64,000 nucleotides of DNA, taken from the NCBI GenBank assembly GCA_000165425.1, contig CT868667.1, positions 248,001 to 312,000 on the forward strand, written 5' to 3'. Each line of letters starts with the position of its first letter. Position 1 is the stretch's first letter. The position numbers were made by a program, and so were the translations under genes. The stretch comes from Paramecium tetraurelia. Lineage: Eukaryota. This document shows, piece after piece, positions 13,901 to 27,740 of the stretch. Under the pieces are notes generated by a model. It did not search any database. It worked only from the letters and a program-made list of their open reading frames with translations, and was not told where the DNA came from.

Positions 13901-14968
13901 TAGTGGACTTAACCATACTGAAAATATGTAAAATGCAGTTCCAAAATAACGCTTTCTGGTGATATCAATTTCAGCTTTCCTCAATTTAAAAAGTTTTTCT
14001 CTAAAGAACTCTTCAAATGCATTTATTTTAATGAACTTGATTTATGAAAATATCTAGTATTGCACAATTGGTTCTCTTGTCCTTCTCCTTCATCATCGTC
14101 TATTAGTATTTCATGAGGAACTTTCCTATCAATGTATTCCATACTGCCGTTAATATCATTATTCCGAAGCCACCGAGAAATGACAATCCAATATAAGCAA
14201 ACATTAAATATACAGTAACTATTAATTAGATTGGAACCAATAGAGCAACACCTAAATAATAAGTAACAAATTATAGTTTCCCTGCATCCACTTACATCAA
14301 ATTTATCACTTCACCAGTCGTGTATCTAGGATTGCTTAAGAAAGAAGTTCGTAAACTTTTACTCATTAATTCTACCGAAAGCACAGATTAGGCATCGAAT
14401 CCGAAGGATCTCTTAAAATATCAATCTTAATTACAATCTCTAGTCTTGCTTAGGCATTTGCTATCATATTGATTGCTCTTGATATTATAATAACAGCGAT
14501 AATTGTCGAAGCATAATAATAATCTTCTTCCTAATTTGTAATATAATCTATAATGCTTTTAATCATAATAGGGATAACTACGGAAGTACAGACTGATATT
14601 ATCAACCATACAAAAGTAATTATGATTTGCTTCTGAAAAGTTTAATACAAAGCTTTAAATATTGTGTTTTCCCCTCTCTAGGTAATGATCAATTAATTTT
14701 TGAATTTTTCATATAAATATGAGGATCTCTCTGTTTTTGAAAGTGGCTGAATAGTTTCCACTTCTAATGGCTGTTTTTAAGCTAGTTTTCTAAACCTAAT
14801 AAGTAATTCTTACAGCGTTGGATAAATCCAGGATACAAACAATTTGCCCAAAAATCCTGCTTTTTCTCTGGCTGTTTTTTTCTGCTCTGGGATGAGGGTC
14901 TCTACAAAACTCCCGAAATCTCCGAAGCTATCGTTTATTAATCCTTTTCTTAAATTATCGCTACTCAT
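10901..14968 (-). CDS. ABCC/MRP-family full ABC transporter (contains apparent frameshifts in this sequence)
   Basis: TMD-NBD-TMD-NBD. NBD1 [48 protein letters not shown]2 [36 protein letters not shown]2 [14 protein letters not shown]. Frame breaks near 14058 and 12790-12900. Confidence 0.92.
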
Positions 14969-15102
14969 CTAATATGGAAAAAGAATTAATTATAAAATCA
15001 CTATTTAAACTTTCAAAAATTCTTCATAAACAAAAATTTGTCAATTCTATAATCCATTTTAATTGATTACCATGGCTGTTATAAAATATTAATATTTAAA
15101 TA

Positions 15103-16777
15103 ATGAGGACAAACCAAGGCTCGAGCAATGACTTGCTATATCGCTCAAACCAAACAAGAAGGGATACAGATCCATATGCACCCAATTCTCCAAATGCTTT
15201 GAAAGAACAAACTGGTTATGTAATACGGGAAAAATATAATAAATTAAAGGATCTCAATTCGAAATTGAAGGTAAGCGTAGTCTCCCAATAGTTTAGGCAG
15301 CTCTGAGAGATTATATGCAGGAAGGCAAAGATTAAGAGAAGATATTATAGTTGAAAGATGAAATCATATAAAAATATGAGAGGGAACGATCAGATTGGCA
15401 ACATAAAGGCAATGAAGATTTGAAATCCCAATTAAACCAACTTAAAATCAAGGTTCAGAAGAAGAAAACAAAAATGAGGTTATTGAAAGATCAATCTAAA
15501 GTATTTGATGCTAAGTTGGATGAATAAAAAGCTTAATTCCAAGTTGAATTGGACAGAGTACAACGACTCTATGATGCATTAACTACAGAAATGTATGAGT
15601 CTCTAATAATAATTTAGCAAGGATCAGGAGAAAAGATATATATTATTGAAAGAAGAAAATAATGTTATTAAATAAGATGCTGTAGTTAAAGAAGAACAAT
15701 CTCGATATCTAGAAATTGAATTAAAAGAGGATAAATAATAGATCTAGATTTTAGAATAAAAGATAAATGAACAATTTGAAGAAAATAGAATTTTATAATT
15801 AAAAATCGATAATTTAAATAATAAGAACTAAGATTTAGAAAAATTGATAAAAGTTAATGAAGCTCATCATTAATAAGAATTAAATAAATTTTAATCTGAT
15901 AAACTCTCATAACAACAAGAATTAAATTCACAAATTAATAAGAAAAAAGATAAGATCAAAGTAATGAGCAATCAAATTTAGTAATTAGAAAATACAGTTA
16001 ATTAAAAATAATAGCAAGAATTCAAATTAAATAATTTAGTTTAAGAAAAACAAAAAGATTATCTAAAATTATAAGCACAACTAGAGGATTATAAAAATAA
16101 AACTGATTTAGTATCTAAGGAAGCTAATTATTACCTTTCGGATATTAAATATTTAAAGTCTGAATTGGAATAATAAAAGTCTTTAGTGAAAACGAATGAA
16201 GATAAATTAGCTTAGTATGATAAGCAACATCAAATAGATCAAGAAGAGAAAACCTAAATTTTGTAAGATTTAGAATAATTGAAATAAGACAATAGAAGAA
16301 TCTAATAGTTATTGTATGAATCTGATAATGATATTTCTTATCTTAATTAATAACATTTAGAAGTAATAATTTAAGTATATCATAGAAACAAAGATCAATA
16401 GAAAAGACAGTAGAGTATTTGCAAAATCAATTAAAGTATTCATAGGAAAACTTGGCTGAATCTAAAAGACTTCTTTTGGAAATGCAAAAGTAATAAGCTA
16501 CGAATGAGGAGTAGATAGAGTTCTATAAAAATAAATATCAAAAAGCAAAATAAAATCAGAAAACATTAAAGAATGAGTAAAGATGTGTAATTCTCCACCT
16601 ATATAATAGTTAGAAGAAAGGATGAAAATGATTGAGTTTGAAAGAATTCAAGATGAGAGAGATGCTCTTAAGAATAAAGATCATATTATTTAATAGAAAT
16701 AGGTTTAATAGAGTAAGATTAGAGTGCTGGATGACATTTAAAATATGATAAAACTACATAAAAGGACTAATTTCTGA
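15103..16777 (+). CDS. Coiled-coil protein, function unknown
   Basis: ATG 15103, about 4 tiny introns, K/E/Q-rich heptad sequence, ends KIRVLDDIQNMIKLHKRTNF-TGA. Confidence 0.8.
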
Positions 16778-16867
16778 ATACTTAATTTTGTGTTCTTATA
16801 ATTGATACAAATAAATAGATATTATTATTTTAAATATAGATTTAATCACTTATTGTTCAGATAGCCT

Positions 16868-17987
16868 TCACTTGTCCGTTTTGAACAAATATGGTTTTTC
16901 TGAGCTCAAAAGGGGTGCATCAACATCAGGAATAGGAATCTAATCTTTGGTGGTATTAGTAATCTTAGTAGTTCCTTGGTTAGTGTTTTAATTTAAGGAA
17001 TGTTTATCAAATTGAATTCTTACAAATTAGACAGTTTCTTTCATAATATCCTAAGGTCTTTTTGAATTGTGAGTCCCTTCAAATTGTTTTAGTACTTTGG
17101 TTCCTCTAAATTTTTCCATGAGAATTTTGGGATGTTTTTCAACGATTAATTGATCTTATCTGGCTGACAAGAAAACAATGGAAACATCAATAGGTAGAGC
17201 TAAATGTGATAATGATGGCATATTTACTTTGAATGGCCTGTGAGATATTGAGGTCTTCAATGTTAAATTTGGCCTCTCTTCTAATTTTGGCTTTCACGAG
17301 ACACCAGAAACAATTGAAGCAACAACTGGGTATGCTATAACTATTTGAGGCTAATTCTTAACAGAGATGAGTTAAATTGGAGAAAGGACTATCGCACACC
17401 AATACTTTGAAATTATAATTGAGAGTGGCTGCAAGAATGGCTGTCACTGAGCCCATGGATCTGCCCCACAATCCAATTTGTGTAATGAAAGGCTATTCAA
17501 CTTATAATTATTAGGTTCACTTACTTTCTTCTATCTCAAATGTTCATAGAGGTCATTAACATCTTTGGATTCATAATAGCCTAAGGAAATGTATTCACCT
17601 TGCGATTATCCAGAACCTACGTAGAATAGTTAAGCGAGTTACCAGATAGATCAATTCCACAGACTGCTATGTTGTTAGGGAGCAAGTATTCAACAATGGT
17701 TAAGGCTTCCACTCTGCTGCTAGAGTTCCCATGTAAATAGATCATACATGGATGTGGTTTGTCTTACATTCTTATAGGTTCAAATAAGCTGTAAATAATT
17801 TAGTCAAATACCTGCATTACAAAGTCAATCCTCTGGAGTTTTAAAATTCAAAGTCAAATCGTTTAGTAACAGTATCTTATACCATGAAAATCTCATTTCC
17901 CATGTCCTTTACTCGATAATTATGTCTGGGCGGTCTTACTATTGGTTTCCAAAGCTTTTCTGTGCATCGGTAGGATGGTTATTTCAT
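16868..17987 (-). CDS. Alpha/beta hydrolase (serine hydrolase, ABHD13/17/YqkD-like)
   Basis: IVRPPR, IYLHGNSSSRVE, GEYISLGYYESKD, nucleophile elbow LWGRSMG, DSPF, FEGTHNS (catalytic His). Confidence 0.88.
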
Positions 17988-18004
17988 TTTAAAATAATAT
18001 GTTG

Positions 18005-19940
<1,936 letters not shown>

Positions 19941-20209
19941 TCTAATGTGTCTAAAATAGGAATTTATTTAAAATATAGTAAAATAAATATGATTGTATAT
20001 GTAAAACATTATATATGCACTCATAAATTTAATAATTGATCAGATTAAAACTTATTATAATAATTTGTTTAATAGAAATGAAAAAGTGTAAGGAACTATT
20101 GAAATGGTCATAATCATTGATAATTGTTTATAATATATTTGAAAGCGCAATTGTTATTAGTTTTAATAATATGTTATCAACTCATCATAATTTAAACTAA
20201 TACTTAATA

Positions 20210-22637
20210 TCATTAATTTTCATCGATGTATGCATTCATTTATGAGATTGACAGCTTATCAAAAAATAATATTTTAGAATCTTGTCCTAAAGTGTACTCT
20301 ATGGAGGAATCATTCTTACTATCATTGAGCAAGTTTCTCATTTTCATTAAATGGTACTTTAATTTAATTGACTCATTATTAATAAACGTAGAATTATTTA
20401 ATAAATTTGGTAGTTTTATGTAAAATTTGTGTACTTGTGTGAAATTCAAAGTAATTTCAGAATTTTTAATGTCCATATTTTAAATAACACTCAAAGCATC
20501 ATTCAGCATGGTAATTTAGTAATCCTCCAATCGTTATTACTTTTATTTTAATATTTAATGAGATTAATTCCATTTATTATTCATCTTCCACACATTGGCA
20601 TTAAATATCTTATTAATTTTATATTCAGTCTCATTCATCTGGATGTATTCTTAATTGATTGATTGTTCTATTTTCTAGAATGCCAAATTTGCAAATTTCA
20701 AAAGGATTATCCTATGAGCGTAGATATCACCAGCAAGGACTTTATCGTCTCTATACTTATCTTATAATTCACAAAGTAATTCTTCGCTTTGTATAGCAAA
20801 TAAAGAGTAGCGATAAATATCATTTAGAAAGTCAAGATGGTTCTTCTTCAAACGATAACCTTTCAGCATTTCCCAATTAATCCTTTTTATTGGATCATAT
20901 ACGATCATTTTTTCAATTAACTATCTTAGATCAGGATTCTTAAGTTAATTGTAAATAGTAATACTCTCATTGAGTCAGGACATTTAAAGGGATTTGTTTT
21001 TAATAATTTCTGCTACTACCTGATTTCGTTCTAACCATTGATGTTAATGTATTCTTTTTTATACATCATATAATATATCAATACTCCTAGCTTTGAATAA
21101 GTAAAGTAAATTACCGAGAAAACATCACATTGGTCGTTATAGCCCGAAACATTATTCTCCAATACTTCAGGTGCAATATAAAGGAGACTACCAACATCGG
21201 TATGGGCTAAAAGTGAACCAGAAATTATCTTGGACACTCCAAAATCAATTATCTATATAAGCTAAGTCAATTACTTTGTAAATTTTATCATTGTTGTCAT
21301 CAAATTTAATCATAATATTCTCTGGCTTAATATCTCTATGAACAATGCTTTTCCTTTTAAGTTATTCATAACCAGAAATTATCTGCGATAGAAAATCAAT
21401 GATCTCTTAATCAGTAAATTGATTGTTTTATTCCATGAATTCCTTGATGTTCATGTCACATTTTTCTAAAAATATGTAATACCATTATGAATCCTTAATT
21501 ATTTTAATTATTTTTATTATGTTCTAGTGATTTTCCCCTTCAAGATAACCACAGATTTAGACTTCTCTTAAATCTTACTCGTTATTTTATTCCTTCTTTT
21601 GAATCATCTTGCACACTAATGTATCTCTTGTTTAAATATTAAAGGCATTTACAACAAATCCTTACCGACCACGTCCAACAGAGTCTGATTACCTGAGAAA
21701 ATAAGTGTTATCCAAAAGATAGCAATCTTATCTGAATTAATTATCATCTCCCTCTCTATTAAATTTATCCCAAACTAGCATTCTCTTATACTATTCTATC
21801 AACCTTTAGTGATCATTGTTGCCAGCACTTTAGTTTAATAAATTCTAACAGAATTCTCTTTACTTTTTTATCAAATCCTGATATGAATTTGCTTCGAAGG
21901 GTTTCCTCCCATCATTGCAAATGTAATATAATAGCATTCCCAACTAATTTATCAAATTTATCTTACAGTATAGATACTACACTAATTATTTAAGCTTTGC
22001 CCTTTGATCAGAGCTTCTGGTGCTGCAAAATCTGACATCCCATTGATAGAGTCTACATATCCATCTTCGGAAATCTCAGCCGATCTGAAATCTGATATCT
22101 AAAATAGTACCAGTCTATTACTTAAAGAACATACTCATTGTCTTTTATTTATTTGACTCGAATATGTTTAGGTTGTAAGTCTCTAATTATTATTTTGAGC
22201 GATTTTAAATGATTGAATCCTGCAAACAATTAACAATAGAAATTCTCCTTCATTATTGATGATAGGTTTCTTCCAGAATTTAAGAATTTCTCTAAATTCA
22301 TAGGGATTTCTTCATACATAGCATAGCAATGATCCTTTTTTATAATATCAAATATTTTGATTAAATTTGTGTGAGGATGCTTGCTTAGCAACTCTAACAC
22401 TGCTATCTCTTTTTCTGTTGTTCTATTAGGCTCGGATTATATTAATTAAGCACAAATATTTTAATTGGGTTATTCAGTATTTCTGCAGGAATAATAGAGA
22501 TTAGCATTGCGCAGTTTTTTTGCAGATTCCTAATTTGTGTCTTAATAGAATATTTGACTTTTGACTATTTTTGGTTAAGATGAGTTTATTTGATATTTCC
22601 CTATTTGCCTTATAAAAATGATTGAAAGATCGTCCAT
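20210..22637 (-). CDS. Tandem pseudokinase + Ser/Thr kinase with C-terminal helical region
   Basis: Domain 1: ICAQ, IRDLQPKHI, DFRSA, FAAPE. Domain 2: GRGRQG, LVCK, HRDIKPENI, DFGVSK, YIAPE, CDVFS. Confidence 0.88.
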
Positions 22638-22686
22638 TTATATATTAAGCAAGATATTTTAATATTATATTTGTAATCAAAAATAA

Positions 22687-23918
22687 TCATTATAGTTATT
22701 TTAATGAAATAGGACTCTAATACTTTAGTCTATTATCAATCTCAAATATTTGTTCCGATGCCATTCTAATTTTGCTCATTAAATTTAAAGAATTAGGCTA
22801 CTTTATCCCTACTGACAGATTTTGCAATTGAATTATCTCATTTTTTTCTAATTCCTCCAATATATCAGTTCCAGCAGAGCTCAAATCTTCAAACGTAATC
22901 CTGTGACTAGTAGTTTCAATCTAATTCATCAATTTTCGAGCAGTCATGCATTGAGTTCTTTCTGCTTTCTTTAAATGTCTTAAATTGGCTTTTTTAACTG
23001 AGTGATTCGATTGGATTAACAACTTTTGAGTGGCAGATTAATCGTCTCCTCTTCTAAATAGTCTTAATAAATAATCGTAATCAGGTTGTGAATCAAATTT
23101 CAATGTTCGCACATATGCAAGATATTTTGATAGTTCAGGAGGGAGGTTGATGTAGGATTCAGGTCTAAATGCTTCCTTCATTCTCTGTATTTTGTAGTAC
23201 TTGGTGGTCTTGTCTTCAGCCACAATATTGTTCCATGGCAACGTACCCATGTATAAATAAATTAACAAGTAACCTACTGATTCCAAGTCATCCCTTCTTG
23301 ATTATTCATTGCCTTTTAAACTATTAATGGAAGCATATCTTGCAGTTCCAATCATGCCCTTGTTCTCTCGGAATTCTATGTGTTTTCCATCCTAAATATA
23401 TAATTTGGATAGTCCAAAATCAATTAAATGTATTTTTTCCTAAAAAACAACAAAGTTCTCAGGCTTAATGTCTCTATGAATTATATTAGAATGGTGCAAA
23501 TCTTTTAGCAATTGCACCATCTATTATCCAGTGTTCAAAATGGAAGTAGTATCAAAATTGCCACATTTCGTTCTTATCTATTCTAAGTTCTGCCCGAGTA
23601 AGTTCATAATGAAGTAAGTGTTTCTGAGATCCTGGCCGGAAGTAATTAACTGGGTAAATCCTTGGGTTATCAGATGAAAGATTACCCTTTTTTCCTTTTA
23701 AAATTTACAAAATCTTTATTTCTCTTTAAAGGAGAGTCCTCTCTTTTTTCATAGTATTTTTTACTAATTTGCATGCAAATATCTATCCAGTGGTGATATG
23801 CTTAACTTTCCAGATATATCCGAAAGAACTTAAGCTTTTAATATCATAGGTACCCTTCGCCCAATTTATCCAGAAATTAATAAGATAATGACGCTGGTTT
23901 ATCTTCTGAACATTTCAT
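22687..23918 (-). CDS. Casein kinase 1 family protein kinase
   Basis: GEGSFG, HRDIKPENF, IDFGLSK, HIEFRENKGMIGTARYASIN, EQSRRDDLESVGY, LPW. Confidence 0.93.
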
Positions 23919-24418
23919 TTCAAGTGTAAGAATATTTTTATATTATTTAAATTCATTTTGTAGTTTAGACTTAAGTATTTAAGGATATTGATTGATAGGT
24001 ATGCAAATTTGTCAATAGTCCAGTCCGATTGCATATTTGCTGACACCTACTTTAATCAATAAATTTATTATAATCTAATTTGTGGAGAAAATACCCAAAA
24101 ATATTTTTAGCAACTAAAAACAGCAACTCAAATCAATAATTTGCATTTAAGATATTTGTAATATATTTTGAATATATAAATCATGCGCTTTAAGCAGCTG
24201 GATGTTCAGCGTTTTATCCCTTTGCAATTGTTTATTATTGCTATGGTTGATATTGTGCTTTTGATTTCCTAATTTGATTATATGAATATTTTCATTACTT
24301 TCCAGTTGTGGTGAGGAATTATCTGTAATACAAACTATTAGTTGCGTAGAGCATTTGGTAATTGTTTTGTTTTTTAAATTTATTTATTAATAATCACAAA
24401 TTAATATTATCGTTTTTA

Positions 24419-27400
24419 ATGGAAGAAGAAACCTAAGGATTAGTTGAATAGAAAATTAAATTAAATAATGCGAAGGGATACAAGAAGATAGTATCTCCCA
24501 TATTAAACACCATAATGCTCATGATAGTATTCTGTTTAATCGCCTTCATGTTATCAATGATGATCCAATAATAAAAGCTAACATAGCATAATCAAGCATC
24601 TATGCTTCAGAAATAACAACTACGAAAACCCTCCATTGACACGAATACGTATGAGTACATGACCTTGGAAAATGGGCTTTCAGTATTGCTGATTTAGAAT
24701 AATGATGCTATCATCTCTTAAGTGGCGTTAAGTGTATAAGCAGGATCATTCCAAGAACCATCTAATTATGGTGGGTTGGCTCATTTATTAGAACATATGC
24801 TATTTGTAGGATCTCATACATATCCAGACCCTAATTATTTCAATTCCTTGATTTACAATAATGGAGGCACTAATAATGCTTACACTGAGAATTATGAAAC
24901 CAATTATTACTTCACTATCTAAAACAGTGCTTTGCAACAAGGCTTGGATGTGTTCAGTCACTTTTTCATTGATCCCATATTAGATCAGAAGATGGTAGAG
25001 AAGGAGGTGAATGCAGTGAACAATGAATATGAAATCATCACTAGCACTGATGATTGGAAAATTGAAGCCTTATTAAAGATCATTTCAGAAAAATCACATC
25101 CATTTAGTTGGTTCTCCATTGGAAACTTAAATACTTTATTAAAAGATGAAAGTAAATAATTTAAATATACTTTCAATAGTATCAGAATTGCTGAAACAAT
25201 TTTTTAATGAAGCTTATTCCTCTAATTTGATGTCATTGGTTGTTGAAAGCAGTCTGTCAATTTCTGAACTTAAAACCTATATTAAGAATTTTGAAAAGAT
25301 CAAAAACAACAATTTGATTGAACCTACTTGTGAGGATTTAGGCTATCCAATTTAGTACGGTCCTCAATTTATCAAATATAAATCAAATTCAGATGTCAAG
25401 AAGGTCTACATGACACATTAGTTATCTGATGTTCAACAATAATACAAAACAAAATCAATAGAATTTATTAATAATTTAATTTCGTAAAGCAAAGGAGTCA
25501 AAGAATATCTAATACAAAACAATCTAATTATAGATATGTCAAGTAGTGTTTTGTTTAATGACCATAATGGTTGTTTTAGTGTGTTAGCTCTTGAATTTTA
25601 GGTTTACGATCTCAATGATTACGATAAAATCCTCTAAAAAGTCTTTTCTTATTATTTCTACCTTATATAGACTTTGTTTGATGATAAAGGAGATATTCTA
25701 GTTGACAATGCGAAAATAAGATCATTATATAATGATTATATGTAAATAGCTACATTGAAATTTGACTATAATGAAAATATCATTGATGATATTCAAGAGA
25801 TAGCACATAACTTGAATTTTTATGGATTTCATGATGTCTTATCGAGGAAATATTTGTATGAAGATTATGACCCTGAATTGATATACTTTTATCTTACTGA
25901 ACTACTTGATATTGATAATTTGAATGTTTTTTTAGGGGATTCTCAATTAAATCATCCTGATGTCCAATATGACAAAGTCAACAGAATTAATTATGCTTTT
26001 GTGGACATTCCAAATTCTGTCATCTAGAAAATATAATCTTATGATGAAATTGAACAACCTAAATTTGAATTGCCTTCAATTCACAAATATTAACCAAATG
26101 ATTTGAACATGAAATCATTCTGCAAACCATACTAAAGTAGTAAGGAAGATCCTTATGAGGATTTACAAAATGAGAAGATGCTTATTTAGAGAAATTCTGA
26201 GATGGTCTTTTCAAATGTTGAAGTAATTATTGTTTACAATGTAATAGGAATGTTTAAAATATGAACATTAATATGAAGAATTGTATCCACTTCCTGAATA
26301 CTTATTTAAGTCATCAATTGGAAAATTGTGGTGGAAATTAGACAGATCTTATAAGACACCAGCCATTTTTATGGGAATGAAAATAGATAAAATCAACTTT
26401 TAGTTCACTTTAAGACAACAAGTATTATTAAAGGTATTCTAATCTTATACTTCCACAATGATTTCACAACATTTAGATGCAGCATTTTAAAACAATTATA
26501 ACTTCAAATTTACATCATCTCCTAATCACATCATCTTTAATATTTATGGATGGAATGATAAGTTCTTTGAATTTATAGAAGATTCATTAGCATTTTTCAT
26601 CAAGCAACAAATTGATCAATCGGTTTATGATTAAACACTTAAGACTTTAATGAATAACTTAAACGAAGAGTTGCAAACCCCTTTATATTAATAAATTAGA
26701 AATCGCTTTTTCTTTAATGTAATCATAATTCTTATTTTTTAGACTCTTATCTAAGGGTATTATGAACCTTAGTAACTCCTGTAAGAATTAAAGAGTATTA
26801 ATATCAAAGATTACGAATAATTCCATTCCCATTTGTTCAAAGGAACAAACTTTTAACTCTATTTAACTGGCAATGTGCTCAGGGAAGAGGCCCTCTCCCT
26901 TTTCAATTCTATTGAGAAAAAGCTATTCGGTAAACAAAAACACTTAGATTATAATCCCATCTATTCCAAAATTTTGAAGCTCTCTAATAATTACATAATT
27001 CCATATGCAGCAGAGTCTGATGACATCAATGGCGCTACCTACAATTATTACATTTTTGGAAACAGGAATAGGAAACAATTTGCAATAATGAATATCTTGA
27101 AAGGAACCTTTGATAGTTATGCATTTAATTATTTGCGAACTGACTTGTAATTGGGATATTTAGTTTCAGCTAAGTTTCAGCCTTTAGAATGTCTCGATGG
27201 AGCAGCAATCTTGGTCTAAGGAAGTTCAAAAACCCCCTATTAAGTTAATTAGCATATTGAAGATTTTCTTTAACACTTTTATGAAGAGATAGAGAAGATG
27301 ACTGATTTTGACATTGATGAATTAAAGAAAGCAGCTGTAATTGAATCATATTAATATAGATCCAATAACTGAGGTAAAAAGAAAAAACATTATTCGAAAA

Positions 27401-27716
27401 AGGACAGACATATTGGGACCATATTTCCAATAATGATTATATATTTGAAGAAAAAGAGATAACTATTGATTAAATTGATCTACTTAAAAAAGAAGATATA
27501 CTTACTTTTCTTAATTCTGCCTTCAAGAAATCATCCAAAATAAGCATTCAACTTTATGGAAAGCATATGCTTAAAGGTCAGCCAGTTGAAGATTTCTTGA
27601 AAAGCCAAAGCCCAATCAACAGTTTTTCAAATATTGAAGAGAAACTATCAGATAAAGAAAAAATAAAGGTTGGAGCAATGTTATATTAATGTTCTTTTAA
27701 ATTAGGATAGATATGA
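24419..27716 (+). CDS. Insulinase/pitrilysin (M16A) zinc metallopeptidase with N-terminal membrane anchor
   Basis: LENGLSVLL, GGLAHLLEHMLFVGS (HxxEH), NAYT, EVNAVNNE, HPFSWFSIGNL, FNYLRTDLQLGYLV; several tiny introns. Confidence 0.92.
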
Positions 27717-27740
27717 CTTAAATAAATTTATTAATTTTAT

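Noticed and set aside
23990..24380. Long minus-strand stop-free frame between CK1 and the peptidase
   Set aside because: No ATG at its start and no motif; long stop-free frames are common when TGA is the only stop.
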